Shown: in pieces, positions 44,701-59,070 of the stretch | How the letters are laid out: each line of letters starts with the position of its first letter | Position numbering within the stretch: the stretch's first letter is position 1 | NCBI GenBank assembly: GCA_964016885.1 | Contig: OZ024741.1 | Location: 1,984,001 to 2,048,000 of the forward strand | Length of the DNA: 64,000 nucleotides | DNA from: Eledone cirrhosa | Lineage: Eukaryota | Reading direction: 5' to 3' | Made by a program: the position numbers and the translations under genes | Notes under the pieces: generated by a model | What the model was told of the DNA's origin: nothing | What the model saw: the letters and a program-made list of their open reading frames with translations, nothing else | Databases searched by the model: none

Positions 44701-47700
44701 TGATAGTGACAGGAAGAGAGCCTTAGGACTCTTGATTGAGTTGTGGGGTCATCATAGTGACATGAAGCGAGTCTTAGGATCCTTGATTGAGTTGTGGGCT
44801 CATCATAGTGACAGGAAGAGAGTCTTAGGTTACTTGATTGAGTTTACGGGTCATCATAGTGACATGAAGAGAGTCCTAGGACCCTTAATTGAAATGTGGG
44901 GTCATCATAGTGACAGGAAGAGAGTCTTAGGACCCTTGATTGAGTTGTGGGGTCATCATAGTGACTTGAAACGAGTCTTAGGATGCTTGATTGAGTTGTG
45001 GGGTCATCATTGTGACAGGAAGAGAGTCTTGGGATCCTTGATTGAGTTGTGGGTTCATCATAGTGATATGAAGCGAGTCTTAGGACCCTTGATTGAGTTG
45101 TGGGGTCATCATAGTGACAGGAAGAGAGTCTTAGGATTCTTGATTGAGTTGTGGGGTCATCATAGGGACTTGAAACGAGTCTTAGGATGCTTGATTGAGT
45201 TGTCGGTTCATCATAATGACATGAAGAGAGACTTAGGACACTCGATTGAGTTGTGAGGTCATCATAGTGACTTGAAGCGAGTCTTAGGACCCTTGATTGA
45301 GTTGTGTGGTCATCATAGTGACAGGAAGAGAGTCTTCGGATCCTTGATTGAGTTGTGGGGTCATCATAGTGACATGAAGACAGCCCTAGGACACTTAATT
45401 GAGTTGTGGGTTCATCACACTGACATGAAGAGTGTCTTAGGACCCTTGATTTAGTTGTGGGGTCATCACACTGACATGAAGAGAGTCTTAGGACCCTTGA
45501 TTGAGTTGTGGGGTCATCATAGTGAGAGGAAGCGAGTCTTAGGATCCTTGATTGAGTTGTGGGGTCATCATAGTGACATGATGAGAGTCTTAGGACCTTT
45601 GATTGAGTTGTGGGGTCATCATAGTGACAGGAAGAGAGTCTTAGGATCCTTGATTGAGTTGTGGGGTCATCATAATGACAGGAGGGGAGTCTTAGGATCC
45701 TTGATTGAATTGTGGGGTCATCATAGTGACAGGAAGAGAGTCCTAGGATCCTTGATTGAGTTGTGGGTTCATGATAGTGACAGGAAGAGAGTCTTAGGAC
45801 TCTTGATTGAGTTGTGGGGTCATCATAGTGACATGAAGCTAGTCTTAGGACCCTTGATTGAGTTGTGGGCTCATCATAGTGACAGGAAGAGAGTCTTAGG
45901 ATACTTGATTGAGTTTACGGGTCATCATAGTGACATGAAGAGAGTCTTAGGATCCTTGATTGTGTTGTGGGGTCATCATAGTGACATGAAGAGAGTGTTA
46001 GGATCCTTGATTGAGTTGTGGGGTCATCATAGTGACAGGATGAGAGTCTTGGGTTCCTTGATTGAGTTGTGGGGTCATCATAGTGACATGAAGAGAGTCT
46101 TAGGACCCTTGATTCAGTTTTGGGCTCATCATAGTGAGAGGAAGAGCGGCTTAGGATCCTTAATTGAGTTGTGGGTTCCTCATACTGACAGGAAGAGTCT
46201 TAGGACTCTTGATTGAGTTGTGGGCTCATTATAGTGACATGAAGAGAGTCTTAGGACCCTTGATTGAGTTGTGGGGTAATCATAGTGACTTGAAACGAGT
46301 CTTAGGATGCTTGATTGAGTTGTGGGGTCATCATTGTGGCAGGATAAGTGTATTGGGATCCTTGATTGAGTTGTGGGTTCATCATAGTGATATGAAGCGA
46401 GTCTTAGGACCCTTGATTGAGTTGTGGGGTCATCATAGTGACAGGTAGAGAGTCTTAGGATTCTTGATTGAGTCGTGCGGTCATCATAGAGACTTGAAAC
46501 GATTCTTAGGATGCTTGATTGAGTTGTCGGTTCATCATGACATGAAGAGAGTCTTGGGACACTTGATTGATTTGTGAGGTCATCATAGTGACTTGAAGCG
46601 AGTCTTAGGAGCCTTGATTGAGTTGTGTGGTCATCATAGTGACAGGAAGAGAGTCTTCGGATCCTTGATTGAGTTGTGGGGTCATCATAGTGACATGAAG
46701 AGAGCCCTAGGACACTTGATTGAGTTGTAGGGACATCACACTAACATGAAGAGTGTCTTAGGACCCTTGATTTAGTTGTGGGGTCATCATAGGGATGTGA
46801 AGCTAGTCTTAGGACACTTGATTCAGTTGTGGGTCATCACACTGACATGAAGAGAGTCTTAGGACCCTTGATTGAGTTGTGGGATCAACATAGTGACAGG
46901 AAGCGAGTCTTAGGATCCTTGTTTGAGTTGTGGGGTCATCATAGTGACATGATGTGACTCTTAGGACCTTTGATTGAGTTGTGGGGTCATCATAGATAGT
47001 GACAGGAAGAGAGTCTTAGGACACTTGATTTAGTTGTGGGGTCATCATAGTGACATGAGGCGAGTCTTAGGACCCTTGATTGAGTTGTGGGCTCATCATA
47101 GTGACAGGAAGAGAGTCTTAGGAACCTTGATTGAGTTTACGGGTCATCATAGTGACATGAAGAGAGTCTTAGGATCCTTGATTGAGTTGTGGGGTCATCA
47201 TAGTGACAGGAAGAGAGTCTTAGGATCCTTGATTGAGTTGTGGGGTCATCATAGTGACTTGAAACAAGTCTTAGGAGGCTTGATTGAGTTGTGGGGTTAT
47301 CATAGTGACATGAAGAGAGTGTTAGGACCCTTGATTGAGTTGTGGGGTCATCATAGTGACAGGAAGAGAGTCTTAGGATCCTTGATTGAGTTGTGGGGTC
47401 ATCATAGTGACTTGAAACAAGTCTTAGGATGCTTGATTGAGTTGTCGGTTCATCATAATGACATGAAGAGAGTGTTAGGACCCTTGATTGAGTTGTGGGG
47501 TCATCATAGTGACATGAAGAGAGTCTTAGGACCCTTGATTGAGTTGTGAGGTCATCATAGTGACTTGAAGCGAGTCTTAAGATCCTTGATTTAGTTTACG
47601 GTCATCATAGTGAGAGGAAGAGCGGCTTAGGATCCTTAATTGAGTTGTGGGTTCCTCATACTGACAGGAAGAGAATCTTAGATTACTTGATTGAGTTGTG

Positions 47701-50700
47701 GGGTCATCATAGTGACTTGAAACGAGTCTTAGGAGGCTTGATTGAGTTGTCGGTTCATCATAATGACATGAGGGAGTCTTAGGACCCTTGATTGAGTTGT
47801 GGGGTCATCATAGTGAAGGGAAGAGAGTCTTAGGATTCTTGATTGAGTTGTGGGGTCTTCATAGGGACTTGAAACGAGTCTTAGGATGCTTGATTGAGTT
47901 GTCGGTTCATCATAATGACATGAAGAGAGTCTTAGGACACTTGATTGAGTTGTGAGGTCATCATAGTGACTTGAAGCGAGTCTTAGGACCCTTGATTGAG
48001 TTGTGTGGTCATCATAGTGACAGGAAGAGAGTCTTCGGATCCTTGATTGAGTTGTGGGGTCATCATAGTGACATGAAGAGAGCCCTAGGACACTTGATTG
48101 ACTTGTGGGGACATCACACTAACATGAAGAGTGTCTTAGGACCCTTGATTTAGTTGTGGGGTCATCATAGTGACGTGAAGCTAGTCTTAGGACCCTTCAT
48201 TGAGTTGTGGGGTCATCACACTGACATGAAGAGAGTCTTAGGACCCTTGATTGAGTTGTGGGGTCAACATAGTGACAGGAAGCGAGTCTTAGGATCCTTG
48301 ATTGAGTTGTGGGGTCATCATAGTGACATGATGAGAGTCTTAAGACCTTTGATTGAGTTGTGGGGTCATCATAGTGACAGGAAGAGAGTCTTAGGATCCT
48401 TGATTGAGTTGTGGGGTCATCATAATGACAGGAAGAGAGTCTTAGGACCCTTGATTCAGTTTACGGGACCTCATAGTGACATGAAGAGAGTCTTAGGATC
48501 CTTGATTGTGTTGTGGGGTCATCATAGTGACATGAAGAGAGTCTTATGACCCTTGATTCAGTTGTGGGCTCATCATAGTGAGAGGAAGAGCGGCTTAGGA
48601 TCCTTAATTGAGTTGTGGGTTCCTCATACTGACAGGAAGAGAATCTTAGGACTCTTGATTGAGTTGTGGGGTCATCATTGTGACATGAAGAGAGTCATAG
48701 GACCCTTAATTGAAATGTGGGGTCATCATATTGAAAGGAAGAGAGTCTTAGGACCCTTGATTGAGTTGTGGGGTCATCATAGTGACAGGAAGAGAGTCTT
48801 AGGACCCTTGATTGAGTTGTGAGGTCATCATAGTGACAGGAAGAGAGTCTTAGGATCCTTGATTGAGTTGTGGGGTCATCATAGTGACTTGAAACAAGTC
48901 TTAGGATGCTTGATTGAGTTGTCGGTTCATCATAATGACATGAAGAGAGTCTAAGGACCCTTGATTGAGTTGTGAGGTCATCATAGGGACTTGAAGCGAG
49001 TCTTAGGACCCTTGATTGAATTGTGGGGTCATCACACTGACAGGAAGAGTGTTTTAGGACCCTTGATTTAGTTGTGGGGTCATCATAGTGACATGAAGCT
49101 AGTCTTAGGACCCTTGATTGAGTTGTGGGGTCATCATAGTGACAGGAAGAGAGTCTTAGGATCCTTGATTTAGTTTACGGGTCATCATAGTGACATGAAG
49201 AGAGTCTTAGGACCCTTGATTCAGTTGTGGGCTCATCATAGTGAGAGGAAGAGTGGCTTATGATCCTTAATTGAGTTGTGGGTTCCTCATACTGACAGGA
49301 AGAGAGTCTTAGGACACTTGATTTGAGTTGTGGGGTCATCATAGTGACATGAAGAGAGTCCTAGGACCCTTAATTGAATTGTGGGGTCATCATAGTGACA
49401 GGAAGAGAGTCTTAGGACCCTTGATTGAGTTGTGGGGTCATCATTGTGACAGGAAGAGAGTCTTTGGATCCTTGATTGAGTTGTGGGTTCATCATACTGA
49501 CAAGAAGAGAATCTTAGGTTACTTGATTGAGTTGTGGGGTCATCATAGTGACTTGAAACGAGTCTTAGGAGGCTTGATTGAGTTGTCGGTTCATCATAAT
49601 GACATGAAGAGAGTCTTAGGACCCTTGATTGAGTTGTGGGGTCATCATTGTGACAGGAAGAGAGTCTTTGGATCCTTGATTGAGTTGTGGGTTCATCATA
49701 ATGATATGAAGCGAGTCTTAGGACCCTTGATTGAGTTGTGGGGTCATCATAGTGACAGGAAGAGAGTCTTAGGAGTCTTGATTGAGTTGTGGGGTCATCA
49801 TAGGGACTTGAAACGAGTCTTAGGATGCTTGATTGAGTTGTCGGTTCATCATAATGACATGAAGTGAGTCTTAGGACACTTGATTGAGTTGTGAGGTCAT
49901 CATGGTGACTTGAAGCGAGCCTTAGGACCCTTGATTGAGTTGTGTGGTCATCATATTGACAGGAAGAGAGTCTTCGGATCCTTGATTGAGTTGTGGGGTC
50001 ATCATAGTGACATGAAGAGAGCCCTAGGACACTTGATTTAGTTGTGGGGACATCACACTAACATGAAGAGTGTCTTAGGACACTTGATTTAGTTGTGGGG
50101 TCATCATAGTGACATGAAGCTAGTCTTAGGACTCTTGATTGAGTTCTGGGGTCATCACACTGACATGAAGAGAGTCTTAGGACCCTTGATTGAGTTGCGG
50201 GGTCATCATAGTGACAGGAAGCGAGTATTAGGATCCTTGATTGAGTTGTGGGGGTCATCATAATGACAGGAAGAGAGTCTTAGGATCCTTGATTGAATTG
50301 TGGGGTCATCATAGTGACAGGAAGAGAGTCCTAGGATCCTTGATTGAGTTGTGGGCTCATGATAGTGACAGGAAGAGAGTCTTAGGACTCTTGATTGAGT
50401 TGTCGGGTCATCATAGTGACATGAAGCGAGTCTTAGGACCCTTGATTTAGTTGTGGACTCATCATAGTGACAGGAAGAGAGTCTTAGGATACTTGATTGA
50501 GTTTGCGGGTCATCATAGTGACAGGAAGAGAGTCTTAGGATCCTTGATTGTGTTGTGGGGTCATCATAGTGACATGAAGAGAGTGTTAGGACCCTTGATT
50601 CAGTTGTGGGCTCATCATAGTGAGAGGAAGAGCGGCTTAGGATCCTTAATTGAGTTGTGGGTTCCTCATACTGACAGGAAGAGAGTCTTAGAACTCTTGA

Positions 50701-53700
50701 TTGAGTTGTGGGGTCATCATAGTGACATGAAGAGAGTCCTAGGACCCTTAATTGAAATGTGGGGTCATCATAGTGACAGGAAGAGGGTCTTAGGACCCTA
50801 GATTGTGTTGTGGGGTCATCATAGTGACAGGAAGAGAGTCTTAGGATCCTTGATTGAGTTTAGGTGTCATCACACTGACATGAAGAGAGTCTTAGGATCC
50901 TTGATTGTGTTTTGGGGTCATCATAGTGACAGGAAGAGAGTCTTAGGAACCTTGATTGAGTTGTGGGATCATCATAGTGACTTGAAACGAGTCTTAGGGT
51001 GCTTGATTGAGTTGTCGGTTCATCATAATGACATGAAGAGAGTCTTAAGACCCTTGATTGAGTTGTGGGGTCATCATAGTGACTTGAAGCGAGTCTTAGG
51101 ACCCTTGATTGAGTTGTGGGGTCATCATAGTCACAGGAAGAGAGTCTTCGGATTCTTGATTGAGTTGTGGGTTCATCACACTGACATGAAGAGAGTCTTA
51201 GGATCCTTGATTGTGTTTTGGGGTCATCATAGTGACAGGAAGAGAGTCTTAGGAACCTTGATTGAGTTGTGGGATCATCATAGTGACTTGAAACGAGTCT
51301 TAGGGTGCTTGATTGAGTTGTCGGTTCATCATAATGACATGAAGAGAGTCTTAAGACCCTTGATTGAGTTGTGGGGTCATCATAGTGACATGAAGAGAGC
51401 CCTAGGACACTTGATTAACTTGTGGGGACATCACACTAACATGAAGAGTGTCTTAGGACCCTTGATTTAGTTGTGGGGTCATCATAGTGACGTGAAGCTA
51501 GTCTTAGGACCCTTCATTGAGTTGTGGGGTCATCACACTGACATGAAGAGAGTCTTAGGACCCTTGATTGAGTTGTGGGGTCATCATAGTGACAGGAAGC
51601 GAGTCTTAGGATCCTTGATTGAGTTGTGGGGTCATCATAGTGACATGATGAGAGTCTTAAGACCTTTGATTGAGTTGTGGGGTCATCATAGTGACAGGAA
51701 GAGAGTCTTAGGATCCTTGATTGAGTTGTGGGGTCATCATAATGACAGGAAGAGAGTCTTAGGACCCTTGATTCAGTTTACGGGTCATCATAGTGACATG
51801 AAGAGAGTCTTAGGATCCTTGATTGTGTTGTGGGGTCATCATAGTGACATGAAGAGAGTCTTATGACCCTTGATTCAGTTGTGGGCTCATCATAGTGAGA
51901 GGAAGAGCGGCTTAGGATCCTTAATTGAGTTGTGGGTTCCTCATACTGACAGGAAGAGAATCTTAGGACTCTTGATTGAGTTGTGGGGTCATCATTGTGA
52001 CATGAAGAGAGTCATAGGACCCTTAATTGAAATGTGGAGTCATCATATTGACAGGAAGAGAGTCTTAGGACCCTTGATTGAGTTGTGGGGTCATCATAGT
52101 GACAGGAAGAGAGTCTTAGGACCCTTGATTGAGTTGTGAGGTCATCATAGTGACAGGAAGAGAGTCTTAGGATCCTTGATTGAGTTGTGGGGTCATCATA
52201 GTGACTTGAAACAAGTCTTAGGATGCTTGATTGAGTTGTCGGTTCATCATAATGACATGAAGAGAGTCTAAGGACCCTTGATTGAGTTGTGAGGTCATCA
52301 TAGGGACTTGAAGCGAGTCTTAGGACCCTTGATTGAGTTGTGGGGTCATCACACTGACAGGAAGAGTGTTTTAGGACCCTTGATTTAGTTGTGGGGTCAT
52401 CATAGTGACATGAAGCTAGTCTTAGGACCCTTGATTGAGTTGTGGGGTCATCATAGTGACAGGAAGAGAGTCTTAGGATCCTTGATTTAGTTTACGGGTC
52501 ATCATAGTGACATGAAGAGAGTCTTAGGACCCTTGATTCAGTTGTGGGCTCATCATAGTGAGAGGAAGAGTGGCTTATGATCCTTAATTGAGTTGTGGGT
52601 TCCTCATACTGACAGGAAGAGAGTCTTAGGACACTTGATTTGAGTTGTGGGGTCATCATAGTGACATGAAGAGAGTCCTAGGACCCTTAATTGAATTGTG
52701 GGGTCATCATAGTGACAGGAAGAGAGTCTTAGGACCCTTGATTGAGTTGTGGGGTCATCATTGTGACAGGAAGAGAGTCTTTGGATCCTTGATTGAGTTG
52801 TGGGTTCATCATACTGACAGGAAGAGAATCTTAGGTTACTTGATTGAGTTGTGGGGTCATCATAGTGACTTGAAACGAGTCTTAGGAGGCTTGATTGAGT
52901 TGTCGGTTCATCATAATGACATGAAGAGAGTCTTAGGACCCTTGATTGAGTTGTGGGGTCATCATTGTGACAGGAAGAGAGTCTTAGGAGTCTTGATTGA
53001 GTTGTGGGGTCATCATAGGGACTTGAAACGAGTCTTAGGATGCTTGATTGAGTTGTCGGTTCATCATAATGACATGAAGAGAGTCTTAGGACACTTGATT
53101 GAGTTGTGAGGTCATCATAGTGACTTGAAGCGAGCCTTAGGACCCTTGATTGAGTTGTGTGGTCATCATATTGACAGGAAGAGAGTCTTCGGATCCTTGA
53201 TTGAGTTGTGGGGTCATCATAGTGACATGAAAAGAGCCCTAGGACACTTGATTTAGTTGTGGGGACATCACACTAACATGAAGAGTGTCTTAGGACCCTT
53301 GATTGAGTTGTGGGGTCATCATAGTGACAGGAAGAGAGTCTTAGGAGTCTTGATTGAGTTGTGGGGTCATCATAGGGACTTGAAACGAGTCTTAGGATGC
53401 TTGATTGAGTTGTCGGTTCATCATAATGACATGAAGAGAGTCTTAGGACACTTGATTGAGTTGTGAGGTCATCATAGTGACTTGAAGCGAGACTTAGGAC
53501 CCTTGATTGAGTTGTGTGGTCATCATATTGACAGGAAGAGAGTCTTCGGATCCTGGATTGAGTTGTGGGGTCATCATAGTGACATGAAGAGAGCCCTAGG
53601 ACACTTGATTTAGTTGTGGGGACATCACACTAACATGAAGAGTGTCTTAGGACACTTGATTTAGTTGTGGGGTCATCATAGTGACATGAAGCTAGTCTTA

Positions 53701-56091
53701 GGACTCTTGATTGAGTTCTGGGGTCATCACACTGACATGAAGAGAGTCTTAGGACCCTTGATTGAGTTGCGGGGTCATCATAGTGACAGGAAGCGAGTAT
53801 TAGGATCCTTGATTGAGTTGTGGGGTCATCATAATGACAGGAAGAGAGTCTTAGGATCCTTGATTGAATTGTGGGGTCATCATAGTGACAGGAAGAGAGT
53901 CCTAGGATCCTTGATTGAGTTGTGGGCTCATGATAGTGACAGGAAAAGAGTCTTAGGACTCTTGATTGAGTTGTCGGGTCATCATAGTGACATGAAGAGA
54001 GTCTTAGGATACTTGATTGAGTTTGCGGGTCATCATAGTGACAGGAAGAGAGTCTTAGGATCCTTGATTGTGTTGTGGGGTCATCATAGTGACATGAAGA
54101 GAGTGTTAGGACCCTTGATTCAGTTGTGGGCTCATCATAGTGAGAGGAAGAGCGGCTTAGGATCCTTAATTGAGTTGTGGGTTCCTCATACTGACAGGAA
54201 GAGAGTCTTAGGACTCTTGATTGAGTTGTGGGGTCATCATAGTGACATGAAGAGAGTCCTAGGACCCTTAATTGAAATGTGGGGTCATCATAGTGACAGG
54301 AAGAGGGTCTTAGGACCCTAGATTGTGTTGTGGGGTCATCATAGTGACAGGAAGAGAGTCTTAGGATCCTTGATTGAGTTTAGGTGTCATCACGCTGACA
54401 TGAAGAGAGTCTTAGGATCCTTGATTGTGTTTTGGGGTCATCATAGTGACAGGAAGAGAGTCTTAGGAACCTTGATTGAGTTGTGGGATCATCATAGTGA
54501 CTTGAAACGAGTCTTAGGGTGCTTGATTGAGTTGTCGGTTCATCATAATGACATGAAGATAGTCTTAAGACCCTTGATTGAGTTGTGGGGTCATCATAGT
54601 GACTTGAAGCGAGTCTTAGGACCCTTGATTGAGTTGTGGGGTCATCATAGTCACAGGAAGAGAGTCTTCGGATTCTTGATTGAGTTGTGGGTTCATCACA
54701 CTGACATGAAGAGTGTTTTAGGACCCTTGATTTAGTTGTGGGTTCATCATAGTGACATGAAGCTAGTCTTAGGACCCTTGATTGAGTTGTGGGTTCATCA
54801 CACTGATATGAAGAGAGTCTCAGAACCCTTGATTGAGTTGTGGGGTCATCATAGTGACAGGAAGAGAGTCTTAGGATCCTTGATTTAGTTTACGGGTCAT
54901 CATAGTGACATGAAGAGAGTCTTAGGACCCTTGATTCAGTTGTGGGCTCATCATCGTGAGAGGAAGAGCGGCTTAGGATCCTTAATTGAGTTGTGGGTTC
55001 CTCATACTGACAGGAAGAGTGTCTTAGGACACTTGATTGAGTTGTGGGGTCATCATAGTGACATGAAGAGAGTCCTAGGACCCTTAATTGAATTGTGGGG
55101 TCATCATAGTGACAGGAAGAGAGTCTTAGGATCCTTGATTGAGTTGTGGGGTCATCATAGTGACAGGAAGAGAGTCTTAGGATCCTTGATTGAGTTTAGG
55201 TGTCATCACACTGACATGAAGAGAGTCTTAGGAACCTTGATTGTGTTTTGAGGTCATCATAGTGACATGAAGAGAGTCTTAGGATCCTTGATTGTGTTTT
55301 GGGGTCATCATAGTGACATGAAGAGAGTCCTAGGTCCCTTAATTGAATTGTGGGGTCATCATAGTGACAGGAAGAGAGTCTTAGGACCCTTGATTGAGTT
55401 GTGGGGTCATCATAGTGACAGGAAGAGAGTCTTAGGACCCTTGATTGAGTTGTGGGGTAATCATAGTGACAGGAAGAGAGTCTTAGGATCCTTGATTGAG
55501 TTGTGGGGTCATCATAGTGACTTGAAACGAGTCTTAGGGTGCTTGATTGAGTTGTTGGTTCATCATAATGACATGAAGAGAGTCTTAGGACCCTTGATTG
55601 AGTTGTGGGGTCATCATAGTGACAGGAAGAGAGTCTTAGGATCCTTGATTGAGTTGTGGGTTCATTATAGTGACTTGAAACGAGTCTTAGGATGCTTGAT
55701 TGAGTTGTCGGTTCATCATAATGACATCAAGAGAGTCTTCGGACCCTTGATTGAGTTGTGGGGTCATCATTGTGACAGGACGAGAGTCTTGGGATCCTTG
55801 ATTGAGTTGTGGGGTCATCTTAGTGACACGAAGAGAGTCTTAGGACACCTGATTGAGTTGTGGGGTCATCATTGTGACATGAAGAGAGTCTTAGGACCCT
55901 TGATTGAGTTGTGGGGTCATCACACTGACATGAAGAGTGTCTTAGGACCCTTGATTTAGTTGTGGGGTCATCATAGTGACATGAAGCTAGTCTTAGGACC
56001 CTTGAATGAGTTGTGGGGTCATCATAGTGACTAGAAGCGAGTCTTAGGACCCTTGATTGAGTTTAGGGGTCATCACACTGACAGGAAGCGA
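23745..56091 (+). repeat. Tandem satellite, 51-bp unit (consensus GACCCTTGATTGAGTTGTGGGGTCATCATAGTGACA[T/G]GAAGAGAGTCTTAG), roughly 630 units
   Basis: The unit can be read directly and stays in one orientation for 32 kb. The 17-aa periodicity in the ORF track (LIELWGHHSDMKRVLGP) reflects 51 = 3 x 17. Confidence 0.98.
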
Positions 56092-56136
56092 ATCCATCTT
56101 AAAACTGGCATCATCCAGCCCATCACAAGGTCTGAC

Positions 56137-56189
56137 ACAGTGAGAGTGATAGAGAGAAGGAAACAGTGAGAGTGATAGAGAGAAGGAAA
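56137..56189. repeat. 26-bp tandem duplication ACAGTGAGAGTGATAGAGAGAAGGAA x2 in the spacer between the 51-bp and 21-bp satellites
   Basis: Copies start at 56137 and 56163. Confidence 0.9.
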
Positions 56190-56291
56190 TATAGAATAAG
56201 CCCCAGTACATGACTGCGAATTTTGTATTAACCTTGAATGGATGGAAAGCAAACCACATTTACAAATAAGGTATATCAAATGACATATTGT

Positions 56292-58226
56292 TTATATTTA
56301 TTCCACATCATGTTATATTTATTCCACATCATGTTATATCTATTCCATATCATGTTATATTTATTCAATACCATGTTATATTTATACCATACTATGTTAT
56401 ATCTTTACTATACCATGTTATATTTATACCTTACCATGTTGTATTTATACCATATCATGTTATATCTATCCCATACCATGTTATATCTATTCCATATCAT
56501 GTTATATCTATTCCATACCATGTTATATCTATTCCATATCATGTTATAGTTATACCATACCATGTTATATCTATTCCATATTATGTTATATTTATACTAT
56601 ACCATGATATATCTATTCCATGCCATGTTATATTTCTTCCATACCATGTTATATCTATTCCATACCATATTATATATATACCATACCATGTTATATTTAT
56701 ACCATACTATGTTATATCTATTCCATATCATGTTATATCTATTCCATATGTTATATCTATTCCATATCATGTCATATTTATTCCATATGTTATATCTATT
56801 CCATACCATGTAATATTTATACCATACCCTGTTATATCTATTCCATACCATGTTATATCTACTCCATACCATGTTATATCTATTCCATATGTTATAGTTA
56901 TACCATACCATGTTATATCTATTCCATACCATGTTATATTTATTCCATATGTTATATTTATTCCATATCATGTTATACCATGTTATATTTATACCATATC
57001 ATGTTATATCTATTCCATACCATGTTATATTTATTCCACATCATGTTATATCTATTCCATACCATGTCATATCTATTCCATACCATGTTATATCGATTCC
57101 ATACCATGTTATATTTATTCCATATGTTATAGTTATACCATACCATGTTATATCTATTCCATACCATGTTATATTTATTCCATATGTTATATTTATTCCA
57201 TACCATGTTATACCATGTTATATTTATACCATATCATATTATATTATATCTATTCCATACCATTTTATATTTATTCCACATCATGTTATATCTATTCCAT
57301 ACCATGTCATATCTATTCCATACCATGTTATATTTATTCCATACCATGTTATATTTATACCATATCATGTTATATCTATTCCATACCATGTTATATCTAT
57401 TCCATACCATGTTATATCTATTCCATATGTTATAGTTATACCATACCATGTTATATCTATTCCATACCATGTTATATTTATTCCATATGTTATATTTATT
57501 CCATATCATGTTATGCCATGTTATATTTATACCATATCATGTTATATCTATTCCATACCATGTTATATTTATTCCACATCATGTTATATCTATTCCATAC
57601 CATGTTATATCTATTCCATACCATGTTATATCTATTCCATACCATGTTATATTTATTCCATATGTTATAGTTATACCATACCATGTTATATCTATTCCAT
57701 ACCATGTTATATTTATTTCATATGTTATATTTATTCCATACCATGTTATACCATGTTATATTTATACCATATCATGTTATATCTATTCCATACCATGTTA
57801 TATTTATTCCACATCATGTTATATCTATTCCATACCATGTTATATTTATACCATATCATGTTATATTTATTCCATACCATGTTATATTTATACCATACCA
57901 TGTTATATTTATTCCATACCATGTTATATTTATACCATACCATGTTATATTTATTCCATACCATGTTATATCTATTCCATATGTTATATTTATACCATAC
58001 CATGTTATATCTATTCCATAACAAGTTATATATATACCATATCATGTTATATCTATTCCATATCATGTTATATTTATTCAATACCATGTTATATGTATAC
58101 CATACCATGTTATATCTATACCATATCATGTTATATTTATACCATACCATGTTATATCTATTCCATACCATGTTATATTTAAACCATATCATGTTATATA
58201 TATTCTATATCATGTTATATTTATTT
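56292..58226 (+). repeat. Minisatellite, 21-bp unit (TTATAT[C/T]TA[T/A]CCATA[C/T]CATG-like, e.g. TTATATCTATTCCATACCATG) with 18-bp and 10-bp deletion variants
   Basis: The unit can be read directly and explains the 7-aa periodic ORFs (MLYLFHT / YHVISIP / CYIYSIP) in several frames. Confidence 0.97.
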
Positions 58227-58480
58227 CGGTTAGTTACGATATTTTGTAAAAATAATAATAAAAATAATAATATAGTCATACATTTTGTTTTTTGTTTCGT
58301 CATTTTTTTACAAATATATTTACTTTCGCATTTAATAAGGCACTCATACATATAGCAAGTGTCACTCATACAAACACACATATAGCAAGTTCATTATAGA
58401 AAGGTCTAACTGCACAAACATAATAAGTATGTAGATTCATAAACATATATGTACAAATGTACGTATCAATGTGTGCGTTT

Positions 58481-58498
58481 GTGTGTGTGTGTGTGTGT
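58481..58498. repeat. (GT)n microsatellite
   Basis: GT x9. Confidence 0.9.
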
Positions 58499-58907
58499 AT
58501 GTTTATTTTCAACTCTACTGAACACAACATCCACATCATTACATATTACATGTCCTCATTATCATTGTATATTATAAGATTGATATTTTATATTAGTTTA
58601 TAAGCAGAGAAGGGACTTCTGTATGAAGGCGGTAATATCATATTTCTATTAGCAAAATCAATGGGAGGACGAGATCTTCTCTCTTTTTTTTAATATTTTG
58701 AAGAGTGACAGAAAGGGAGGCAATATAAACAGTTGTTGGAGATATTTCTTTAATGAAATGCTTTGGATGACTTTCAGAAGTCTTTTACTTCACTGGAAAA
58801 AAAAAATAGATGTATAAATGTCACAAACAAGATACCATTTTACATTCTTTCTTGAAAATGGCAGCCTTTAGTTGGCCGTTGTAGCAAGGATTTTAGGGAC
58901 ATACTAA

Positions 58908-58932
58908 CACACACACTCATGCAAACATACAA

Positions 58933-59002
<70 letters not shown>

Positions 59003-59036
59003 TAGTATACACACAGACACACACACATATGCGCAC

Positions 59037-59067
<31 letters not shown>

Positions 59068-59070
59068 CAG

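Noticed and set aside
23953-55959. His-rich 17-aa repeat protein gene (up to 466 aa)
   Set aside because: Stops and frameshifts are propagated in higher-order copies, variants are mostly non-synonymous, and there is no unique domain.
56238-58355. ORFs of 460-481 aa in the 21-bp repeat
   Set aside because: Several frames and both strands are open simply because the unit is a multiple of 3 and lacks stops.
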